This document shows, piece after piece, positions 7,342-15,201 of a DNA stretch of 27,682 nucleotides. The position numbers and the translations under genes were made by a program. This DNA is from an uncultured Anaerolineales bacterium (lineage in GTDB: Bacteria > Chloroflexota > Anaerolineae > B4-G1). The notes beneath the pieces are model-generated. The model was not told where the DNA came from. It did no database searches and saw nothing but the letters and a program-made list of their open reading frames with translations. The stretch is from NCBI GenBank assembly GCA_964486415.1, contig CAZANJ010000002.1, forward strand, positions 1 to 27,682. Reading direction: 5' to 3'. The first letter of the stretch is position 1, and every line of letters starts with the position of its first letter.

Positions 7342-9753
7342 ATGGAGATTCTCAACCTTGCTTGGCTGATACCCCTCTTCCCATTTCTTGCATTTGTTTC
7401 AATAGCGATCTTCGCCCACCGAAGTCGCCGATTGAGCCACCAGTTGACCATTGGTGGTATCGCCTTTGCTTTTCTGATCGCGCAGATTGTCTTTTGGCGG
7501 GCGGTGACTTTGCCGGTGGGGGGCGGCGAGCATGCCTTCGAGTCATCGGCCATCCACTGGCTGGTTGCGGGTGAAGAACGGCTCACACTTGGCGTCTACG
7601 TCGATCCAGCCACGGCGGTGATGCTCTTTATGGTGCCCTTGGTCTGTATGATGATCTTCATCTACAGCGTCGGCTACATGAACTTCGGCACACCGGAGGT
7701 CGATCCCCGTTACAGCCGTTTCTTCTGTTACCTCTCCCTCTTTGCCACCGGCATGTTGGGAATGGTGGTTTTTAATAACCTGCTGGCCTTCTTCATCTTC
7801 TGGGAGATTATGGGGACTTGTTCTTATCTGTTGATCGGCTTCTGGTATGATAAAAGTTATCCCGATCCCGATAAAATCACCCCTAAGGAGGCCGGGCTGA
7901 AGGCCTTCATCGTCACCAAGATCGGCGATTTGTTCTTTATGCTTGGCTTGGCCTTGCTCTACGCCGAGGTGGGATCGCTGGCCTACCGGGACATCTTCGC
8001 CGCCGAGACGCTGGAGCATCTGGCCCATGCTAACTTCCTGGGAACTCAATGGTCGCTGGCCTCCGTGATCGCCCTGCTCTTGTTTGGCGGCACTGTCGGT
8101 AAGAGCGCACAGTTCCCGCTCCACGTCTGGCTGCCCGACGCGATGGAGGGGCCCACACCTGTCTCCGCCCTCATCCACGCCGCAACGATGGTTTCGGCCG
8201 GCGTCTTCCTCGTGGTGCGCTCCTTCCCGATTTTCGCTGCGGTCGAGGGCACCCATATGACGATTGTGGCGACCATTGGGGCTTTCACGGCCATCTTTTC
8301 GTCCGTCATCGCCATCGCGCAAGATGATATAAAGGGAGTGCTGGCCTTCTCTACTATCAGTCAGTTGGGATATATGGTTGCTGCGTTGGGTATCGGCGCT
8401 TATGTGGCTGGAGCCTTCCACCTCATCACTCACGCTTTCTTCAAGGCGCTCTTGTTCCTCAGTTCCGGCTCGGTGATCCACGGTATGGAACATGGACATC
8501 ATCACGTCCACGAGCATGCGGAGCACCACAATGATGATAATGAGAATCATGAGGAGCATGATGAGCACGGCGAGCACGAGGAAGAGGAGTGGTTCAACCC
8601 CAATGACATGAAGAATATGGGCGGCCTGGCAAAACGTATGCCGCGTACCGCTTTGCCATTTCTCGCCGGTGGGTTGGCTCTCTCCGGTTTTCCCCTGTTC
8701 ACTGCCGGTTTCTGGTCGAAGGATGAGATACTGGCCCAGGCTTACGAGCTATCCCCCGCCGTCTTCTGGACGCTGGGTATGGCCGCTGTGCTGACCGCTT
8801 TCTACACCGCGCGTCAACTCTGCTTGACCTTCCTGGGGGAGCCGCGCACCGAGGCCGCCAAGCACGCGCCGGAGAGTGTGCCATCTATGACGACCCCCCT
8901 GGCTATCCTGGCTGTCTTCGCCATTATTCTGGGCTGGGCTGGTATTCCGGAGCATTTCCCCGTCATCGGTGGGATTATCCCCAACTGGGTCCATCACTTC
9001 GTCGGATCGACAATTGCGGGGGGGCACGCTGAGCATGCAACGAAAGTAGCCGGGCATCTCTCGGAGGCCGCAGAGGCAGGCTTTGTATGGCAGCCATTGG
9101 TGATGAGCATCCTCTTCGCGCTGGGCGGGTTGACGTTGGGGTGGTTGGTTTATGGCCGCAAGCCGATGGTAGCCGGTGAGATGGATCGGGTGGAAGCAGC
9201 AATGCGCAAAGTGGGCCTGGGATGGCTGTACGAAGCTATGCGCAACCAATTCTACTTCGATGAAATCTACCAGACGATAGTTGTGCGCCCCTCCATCTGG
9301 TTGGCGGACGTTTTTGACACGTTCGACTATGGCCGCGAAGAGGGCAAGCATGGCGTGGTAGATGGCATAGTGACCTTGGCCGGGAAGATAGGAAGGGCTG
9401 TGTCCGACATATCCGGATGGCTTGATGCCAAAATTGTGGATGGATTGGTCAACCTGGTCGGGGGCTTAGGAAAGGCCATATCCTGGGTCAGTGGTTGGCT
9501 CGACGTCAACATCGTGGATGGGTTGGTCAATCTGGCGGGCAGCGCTGGAGCCCTGCTATCCAATGGGCTCAACAGCTTCGATCTCACTGTGGTGGACGGC
9601 GCCGTCAACGGCGTCGCCGATGTCGTCATGGGCGGTGGGAAGGCAATCCGCCCCATTCAGACCGGTAAAGTTCAAAACTATCTGCTGCTGGCATCCCTGA
9701 TGGTGCTGGCATTAATCTTGACATTCTTTGTGATATTGTTCTTGCAAATCTAG
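7342..9753 (+). CDS. nuoL: complex I subunit L with a His/acidic insertion and a greatly extended lateral helix (alternative GTG start at 7336)
   Basis: FWEIMG, GKSAQFPLHVWLPDAMEGPTPVSALIHAATMV, HAFFKALLFL, FWSKDEI, QTGKVQNY. Confidence 0.96.
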   Translation: MEILNLAWLIPLFPFLAFVSIAIFAHRSRRLSHQLTIGGIAFAFLIAQIVFWRAVTLPVGGGEHAFESSAIHWLVAGEERLTLGVYVDPATAVMLFMVPLVCMMIFIYSVGYMNFGTPEVDPRYSRFFCYLSLFATGMLGMVVFNNLLAFFIFWEIMGTCSYLLIGFWYDKSYPDPDKITPKEAGLKAFIVTKIGDLFFMLGLALLYAEVGSLAYRDIFAAETLEHLAHANFLGTQWSLASVIALLLFGGTVGKSAQFPLHVWLPDAMEGPTPVSALIHAATMVSAGVFLVVRSFPIFAAVEGTHMTIVATIGAFTAIFSSVIAIAQDDIKGVLAFSTISQLGYMVAALGIGAYVAGAFHLITHAFFKALLFLSSGSVIHGMEHGHHHVHEHAEHHNDDNENHEEHDEHGEHEEEEWFNPNDMKNMGGLAKRMPRTALPFLAGGLALSGFPLFTAGFWSKDEILAQAYELSPAVFWTLGMAAVLTAFYTARQLCLTFLGEPRTEAAKHAPESVPSMTTPLAILAVFAIILGWAGIPEHFPVIGGIIPNWVHHFVGSTIAGGHAEHATKVAGHLSEAAEAGFVWQPLVMSILFALGGLTLGWLVYGRKPMVAGEMDRVEAAMRKVGLGWLYEAMRNQFYFDEIYQTIVVRPSIWLADVFDTFDYGREEGKHGVVDGIVTLAGKIGRAVSDISGWLDAKIVDGLVNLVGGLGKAISWVSGWLDVNIVDGLVNLAGSAGALLSNGLNSFDLTVVDGAVNGVADVVMGGGKAIRPIQTGKVQNYLLLASLMVLALILTFFVILFLQI

Positions 9754-9838
9754 CAAGTAGGCAAGTGGGCAAGTGGGCTAGTAGGCAAGTGAACAAGTAG
9801 CATAGATAAGTCGGACACTTGCAGACCTGCAAACTTGC
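9753..9838. repeat. octamer array: 6 direct units (GCAAGTRG-like) followed by 3 inverted units (..ACTTGC)
   Basis: gcaagtag gcaagtgg gcaagtgg gctagtag gcaagtga acaagtag ... acacttgc agacctgc aaacttgc. Confidence 0.8.
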
Positions 9839-9863
9839 AGACTCAAAAGAAGGAGAGCATACT

Positions 9864-11390
9864 ATGTTTCCAATTCTAAGCGTTACCCTGTTTGCCCCGC
9901 TGGTGGGCGCCCTACTCATTTTGGTCATCCCGCGTGAGGATGTTAAGACAATCCGGCGGATGGGGACCGCGTTTGCTTTCCTGACGCTCATCCTCACAAC
10001 TATCATCTGGGTGAGTGTGGCGCAGTCAGGGGCCGGCGTTATGCAGTTTGAGGAGAACTATCCCTGGATCAAGGCATTCAATGTGCGGTTTCACCTCGGG
10101 GTGGATGGTCTCAGTGCACCTTTGCTCTTCTTGACTGCCCTGTTGACCACTCTTGTGACGTTCTACTCATCTTATACCATTGACGACCGGGTCAAGGAAT
10201 ACTATTTCTTGTTCCTGTTGCTTGAGATGGGTATGAGCGGTGTATTCCTTTCCCTGGATCTGGTGCTGTTCTACGTCTTCTGGGAGATCGGTTTGGTGCC
10301 GATGTTCTTGCTTATCGGTGTGTGGGGCGGAAAGCGCCGCCTGTACGCGGCCATCAAGTTCTTCCTCTACACGCTCGTGGGCAGCGTGGCGATGTTGCTG
10401 GCCATCATCGGCGTTTATTTCCAAACCGGCACCTTCGACATATTGGAAGCGGCTGCGGCACAACCCTTCGCTGGCAATTTCACTTGGGCTAGTGTAGCTT
10501 TTTGGGCCTTCTTCGTCGCCTTTGCCATCAAGGTGCCAGCTTTCCCCTTCCACACTTGGTTGCCAGACGCTCATACAGAGGCGCCCACTTCGGGTAGTGT
10601 CATTCTGGCGGGCGTCTTGCTGAAGTTGGGGGCTTATGGTTTGATGCGTATCGCGCTGCCATTCTTCCCAGCACAGTTCAAGTACTTTGTCGTGAACGTG
10701 CCAATTGTTCCCATTATGGCGGTGATGAGTATTGCCTACGGAGCGATGGTCTGTATGGCGCAGTGGGACCTTAAACGGCTGGTTGCTTACTCCTCGGTGG
10801 CTCATATGGGCTACGTCACACTGGGGCTATGCGCGGCAGCGGCTGGCATCGGGATGCTGGATGATCCGGCGAACCTCAGCGCGGCGGCCTCGGGCCTCAG
10901 CGGCGCGGCATTCCAGATGTTCGCGCACGGCATCATCACGGGAGGGATGTTTTTCCTGGTCGGTATGATCTACGATCGGGCCCACACGCGCGACCTGAAG
11001 GTCTTTGGCGGACTCGGTAAGCAGATTCCTTATTATTACGGGATTGTGATGGTTACCGGGTTTGCGTCCCTGGGGCTTCCCGGCTTGGCTGGCTTCTGGA
11101 GTGAGTTCTTCGTCTTCCGGGGCACAATCCGCTTTATCCCCTTGGCCGCTTTCATCGGCGTGATCGGAGTAGTCTTCACCGCTGCCTATATCCTGTGGAA
11201 AGTTGTACAGCACCTCTTCTTGGGGGATCTGGACAAGGAGAAGTGGGGCAAGCTGACCGACATGACCTGGTGGGAAAAGGTAACAATGTGGCCTTTGGTG
11301 ATCATCATGGTTTTCCTCGGTATCTATCCCGCTCCCCTGCTGGATATGTTCAACGCTGCGCTCACAGGGGTTTTGCGGGCGCTGCCGTAA
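9864..11390 (+). CDS. nuoM: complex I subunit M (start set at ATG 9864 after SD AAGGAG)
   Basis: LGVDGLS, FWEIGLVPM, AIKVPAFPFHTWLPDAHTEAP, LLKLGAYG, DLKRLVAYSSVAHMG, FWSEF. Confidence 0.96.
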   Translation: MFPILSVTLFAPLVGALLILVIPREDVKTIRRMGTAFAFLTLILTTIIWVSVAQSGAGVMQFEENYPWIKAFNVRFHLGVDGLSAPLLFLTALLTTLVTFYSSYTIDDRVKEYYFLFLLLEMGMSGVFLSLDLVLFYVFWEIGLVPMFLLIGVWGGKRRLYAAIKFFLYTLVGSVAMLLAIIGVYFQTGTFDILEAAAAQPFAGNFTWASVAFWAFFVAFAIKVPAFPFHTWLPDAHTEAPTSGSVILAGVLLKLGAYGLMRIALPFFPAQFKYFVVNVPIVPIMAVMSIAYGAMVCMAQWDLKRLVAYSSVAHMGYVTLGLCAAAAGIGMLDDPANLSAAASGLSGAAFQMFAHGIITGGMFFLVGMIYDRAHTRDLKVFGGLGKQIPYYYGIVMVTGFASLGLPGLAGFWSEFFVFRGTIRFIPLAAFIGVIGVVFTAAYILWKVVQHLFLGDLDKEKWGKLTDMTWWEKVTMWPLVIIMVFLGIYPAPLLDMFNAALTGVLRALP

Positions 11391-11467
11391 CTAAAACGTG
11401 AAAACGTAAAGCGTAGGTGTGACTCAAAACATCACATTCGCGCTTTATGTATAGTAGGAGGACAACG

Positions 11468-12943
11468 TTGTTCGGAGAACCGACACTCACGTTAGGCCAG
11501 ACGCTATGGCTGCTCTCGCCGGAACTGGTGCTTCTCTTGACAGGCTTCCTCATTATGGGACTGGATGCTATCCATCCGCAAAAAGAGGAAAAGCGCTGGG
11601 TGCCTTATGTTGCCTTGGGAGGGCTAGCCGTTGCCCTGATCGCATCTATCACCCTTTGGGGTTGTAACACCAGGGTGCTCTTCATGTTTTCCTGTGACCC
11701 CTTCTCGTTGGTCGTTAATATGGTGGCTATGTTGGCTGTGGGGCTTGTGATACTCACATCCGACCTGTACATTCGAGTGCATAGTCGGTATCAGGGTGAG
11801 TTTTACGCTCTCCTGCTCTTCTCAGCTCTAGCCATCTGCCTGTTGGGTGGGGCGACTAACTTGATTATGGTCTTCTTGGCTTTTGATTTCCTGAGCATCA
11901 CGTCATATATTCTCACCGGCTACTTGCGTGAGGATCAAAAGTCAACAGAGGCTGCGATCAAGTATTTTCTCTACGGCGCAGCTCTCTCCGCAATAATGCT
12001 TTATGGAATGTCCTGGTTCTATGGGCTGACCGGCTCCACAGACCTGAGCGGTATTGCAATGGTTCTCATGGAAGGGGAGCGTGTACTGCGTCCAATCATC
12101 TTGCCAGCCTTGATCTTTATCGCCGCTGGCTTCGCCTTCAAAATCGCCGCTGTGCCATTTCACCAATGGGCTCCTGATGCTTATGAAGGTGCCCCGACTC
12201 CGGTAACGGCTTTTCTCTCTGTCGGGCCCAAGATCGGTGGCTTCGCTGTCATCCTACGGGTGCTTTTAACCGCCTTGCCTGGTGATCTGGTGAACCTGGC
12301 GATGGATTGGCGGGCACTGCTGATGGCGGTCTCTATGCTCACGATGACGGTCGGCAATCTGGTAGCGCTTTGGCAGAAGAACATCAAACGCCTGCTGGCT
12401 TACTCCAGCATCGCGCAGGCCGGTTACATCCTTATCGGCGTGGTGGCAGCCTCTCCTCGGGGAGCGACGGCGGTTTTGCTCTACTTGGCGGCTTATGTGC
12501 TGACCAACTTGGGCGTTTTCGCCGCTATCATCGCTTTCTCCAACCAGGTCGGGTCCGATGACATAGACGATTACGCGGGACTGAGCAAGCGGGCTCCTGG
12601 GCTGGCCTTGGTGATGATTGTCTGTCTGCTCTCGTTAGGAGGCCTCCCACCGACGGCCGGCTTCATCGGCAAGCTGTGGCTCTTCTCCGCGGCGATCGAG
12701 GATGGGTTAATCTGGCTCGCTGTGGTCGGCGTGATCAACAACGTCATCTCTCTATCCTACTACTGGAAGGTAATCCGCGCGATGTACCTCACCCCTGCGC
12801 AGAACGGGGAACCGCTGTCTACCTCGTCCGCGCTGGCTGTTGCGCTGGGGGTGTCTGTGGTGGGCGTTCTGGTCGTGGGAGTCTTCCCTGGCCCGCTTCT
12901 GGCACTGCTCCAGGCAGCAGCGCTGACCTTTTTCGGCGGGTGA
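11468..12943 (+). CDS. nuoN: complex I subunit N (TTG start after SD AGGAGG)
   Basis: EAAIKYFL, FKIAAVPFHQWAPDAYEGAPTP, NIKRLLAYSSIAQAGY, GFIGKL. Confidence 0.95.
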   Translation: MFGEPTLTLGQTLWLLSPELVLLLTGFLIMGLDAIHPQKEEKRWVPYVALGGLAVALIASITLWGCNTRVLFMFSCDPFSLVVNMVAMLAVGLVILTSDLYIRVHSRYQGEFYALLLFSALAICLLGGATNLIMVFLAFDFLSITSYILTGYLREDQKSTEAAIKYFLYGAALSAIMLYGMSWFYGLTGSTDLSGIAMVLMEGERVLRPIILPALIFIAAGFAFKIAAVPFHQWAPDAYEGAPTPVTAFLSVGPKIGGFAVILRVLLTALPGDLVNLAMDWRALLMAVSMLTMTVGNLVALWQKNIKRLLAYSSIAQAGYILIGVVAASPRGATAVLLYLAAYVLTNLGVFAAIIAFSNQVGSDDIDDYAGLSKRAPGLALVMIVCLLSLGGLPPTAGFIGKLWLFSAAIEDGLIWLAVVGVINNVISLSYYWKVIRAMYLTPAQNGEPLSTSSALAVALGVSVVGVLVVGVFPGPLLALLQAAALTFFGG

Positions 12944-12967
12944 CTCGTCATGGGCTCAGTCGAACGA

Positions 12968-12995
12968 TTGTCTTCTGAGGGGATTGTGTTATAAT
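12968..12995 (+). promoter_or_regulatory. internal sigma70 promoter in front of the Fo genes
   Basis: TTGTCT-16 nt-TATAAT with a TGTG extended -10 element. Confidence 0.6.
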
Positions 12996-13005
12996 GTTTC
13001 CCGCT

Positions 13006-13503
13006 ATGGATACCGGAAATAAACAAGGGAACGAACTACAGGCCGTCATCCTCCCCTCTTTGGGGCTGGGTATTCAGATCGCTGGTGTGGTGGTAGTGGC
13101 GGTGCTGGGCAGCCTGTTCCTGGGGCTGTGGATTGACCGCCGACTGGGGAGCACTCCCTGGGCCACGCTGCTTTTGTTGGGCCTGGGTACGCTGGTGGCC
13201 ATGATCAGCTGCTACCGCGCGATGGCCCCGGTGATCGCACATCTGGCAGCCGGTCAGGAGGTCGAGTGGGGAGAATCCCTGCGCACCCTGGCTTTCGTCG
13301 CTCAGACGGAGCTGGTGGTCACCACTCCGCTGCTGGTCGGTCTCTTGCTGGGTCTGTGGGTGGACGTTCGATTGGATACTAGTCCATGGGTGACCTTGGC
13401 TCTGACGGTTTTGGGGGCTGTGGCGGGGTTGGTGGGCGCATGGCGCTTGCATTCTGCATTTCTGAAACGAACGGCTAAAGGTGATCAAGAGGAGAATCTG
13501 TAA
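13006..13503 (+). CDS. AtpZ/ATPase gene-1-like membrane protein with two tandem domains (alternative start 12994)
   Basis: Two copies of the G.W.D....(T/S).PW hairpin motif, GLWIDRRLGSTPW and GLWVDVRLDTSPW; first gene of the atp cluster. Confidence 0.75.
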   Translation: MDTGNKQGNELQAVILPSLGLGIQIAGVVVVAVLGSLFLGLWIDRRLGSTPWATLLLLGLGTLVAMISCYRAMAPVIAHLAAGQEVEWGESLRTLAFVAQTELVVTTPLLVGLLLGLWVDVRLDTSPWVTLALTVLGAVAGLVGAWRLHSAFLKRTAKGDQEENL

Positions 13504-14324
13504 TGGAACTTGTGCGCGAGTTGCCCCACATCTCAATGGCTGCTGAGACGCTCTTTCACATCGGTCCTTTGCCCGTCACCAATTCCCTTTTTACTACGTG
13601 GATTTGCATGTTGCTCCTCATTGTTCTCTCATGGTTGTTCTCCAAGAGTATGAAGCTTGTTCCCACTCCCTTGCAGAACCTGATCGAGACGGCCATTGAG
13701 ATGTTTTACGACGGCGTAGCCAAAGCGAGGGCCAGCGAGCATGCTGAACTTTTTCTTCCCCTTGCTGGCACCCTTTTCTTCTTCATCCTCCTCGCCAACT
13801 GGATGGGTTTGCTGCCGTTCTTTGGATCTGTTGGATTCATAATGGAGCACCATGGTGAAGAGATGTTCGTTCCTTTGTTGCGCCCGGCCAATGCTGACCT
13901 GAACACCACGCTTGCTCTGGCACTCTTCTCAGTGATCGCCACCCAGATCTACGGGATCAAGGTGCAAGGCTTCTTCGGCTACGCCAACCGATTTATTAGA
14001 GTGGACAGATTCGTGGAGTTCTTCAAGCGACGGCGCGACCCTATGTTGCTTATGAATGGCGTAATCGATCTCTTCATCGGGGCGTTGGAGATGCTTGACG
14101 AGCTGACGAAGCTTCTCTCCTTCTCCTTCCGTCTGTTCGGCAATATCTTCGCCGGTGAGGTGTTGCTGATCGTGATTTCTATGCTGCTTCCCTACGTCGC
14201 ACCGTTGCCTTTTATGGCACTGGAGCTTTTCGTCGGTTACATTCAGGCTCTTATTTTTGCAAGTCTGACGCTGGTCTTCATGAAGCAAGCAACAGCTGCC
14301 CATGGTCACGACGAAGGGCACTGA
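13503..14324 (+). CDS. atpB: ATP synthase Fo subunit a
   Basis: LLRPANADLNTT, SFSFRLFGNIFAGE with the essential Arg, ELFVGYIQALIF. Confidence 0.96.
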   Translation: MELVRELPHISMAAETLFHIGPLPVTNSLFTTWICMLLLIVLSWLFSKSMKLVPTPLQNLIETAIEMFYDGVAKARASEHAELFLPLAGTLFFFILLANWMGLLPFFGSVGFIMEHHGEEMFVPLLRPANADLNTTLALALFSVIATQIYGIKVQGFFGYANRFIRVDRFVEFFKRRRDPMLLMNGVIDLFIGALEMLDELTKLLSFSFRLFGNIFAGEVLLIVISMLLPYVAPLPFMALELFVGYIQALIFASLTLVFMKQATAAHGHDEGH

Positions 14325-14450
14325 ACGCTCTAAATCGAAAAAAGGACGTAATGCGTAAGAACCTGAACGTTAGTGGATCTATCGTAAGGTAAGAATAGAT
14401 GAGAATCCGAAAGTTAGTGAATTTGAATCGTAACAAGGAGGAAAAACAAA

Positions 14451-14669
14451 ATGGATAAGAATCTGATAGCAGCGTTGACTATCGTTCTGGGGGCTATTAC
14501 GCCGGCTGCGATGATTGGCCGCTTCTCGACCGAGGCGATGCGATCGCTGGGGCGCAATCCAGAGTCTGGCGCTCCGATCAGCGCCAATCTGATCCTGGCG
14601 TTGGCCCTGAGCGAGGCGATTGCCATCTATTCCTTGGTGGTCGCTCTGGCCATCAAGTTCGTGGAGTAA
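14451..14669 (+). CDS. atpE: ATP synthase Fo subunit c
   Basis: GRNPE loop and the ion-binding Glu in LSEAIAIY; strong SD AAGGAGG. Confidence 0.95.
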   Translation: MDKNLIAALTIVLGAITPAAMIGRFSTEAMRSLGRNPESGAPISANLILALALSEAIAIYSLVVALAIKFVE

Positions 14670-14685
14670 GATAAGGAGGCTGGCT

Positions 14686-15201
14686 TTGGAAGCCCTAGGG
14701 ATTAACCTATATGTTCTGATCGCCCAGGTCATCAACCTTGCCATTCTGTTCCTCGTGCTCCGTTCTTTGCTCTTCAAGGGTTTTCTGAAGAAGATGGAAG
14801 AGCGCAAGCAGAAGATCCAGCAGGGCCTAGAGGAGGCCGAGCGCGCCCAAGAAAAGGCGACGCGAGCCGAGGCGATCTACCAGGAGCGCATGGAGCAGAT
14901 TGAGCGGGAGCGGGAAGCCCTCATTGCCGAGGCAAGGGAAGAGGCCGAGCGGCTGCGGGCAGAGATGGTGGCGCAGGCGCGAGAGGATGCCCGTGAAGAG
15001 GCGCGCCGCATCATCGCGCAGGAACGGGAAGAGTTCGAGGCCGAGCGCCAGCAGGCTATCGCCGATATGCACAGCCAGATGGTCAGCCTGGTTATGACTG
15101 CCACCCGCAAGGTGGTCGAGGAGGGCATAGACGAGCAGGTGCAACACCGGCTGATTGATCGCTTCCTGGACGAGACGGGCGCGCTGGGGAGAATCCAATG
15201 A
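14686..15201 (+). CDS. atpF: ATP synthase Fo subunit b (TTG start after SD AGGAGG)
   Basis: EALGINL..LIAQVINL TM helix followed by a long E/A/R coiled coil. Confidence 0.92.
   Translation: MEALGINLYVLIAQVINLAILFLVLRSLLFKGFLKKMEERKQKIQQGLEEAERAQEKATRAEAIYQERMEQIEREREALIAEAREEAERLRAEMVAQAREDAREEARRIIAQEREEFEAERQQAIADMHSQMVSLVMTATRKVVEEGIDEQVQHRLIDRFLDETGALGRIQ

Noticed and set aside
9753-9838. CRISPR-like array
   Set aside because: The units are 8 bp with no unique spacers, and no cas genes are present.
11393-11414. AAAACGT-like triple repeat in the nuoM-nuoN spacer
   Set aside because: It is short and degenerate with only a weak complementary partner; too little to assign a function.
7342-12943. 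Mrp Na+/H+ antiporter or group 4 hydrogenase membrane module
   Set aside because: Clear NuoA, H, J and K are present, MrpE/F/G are absent, and the L/M/N motifs are Nuo-type.
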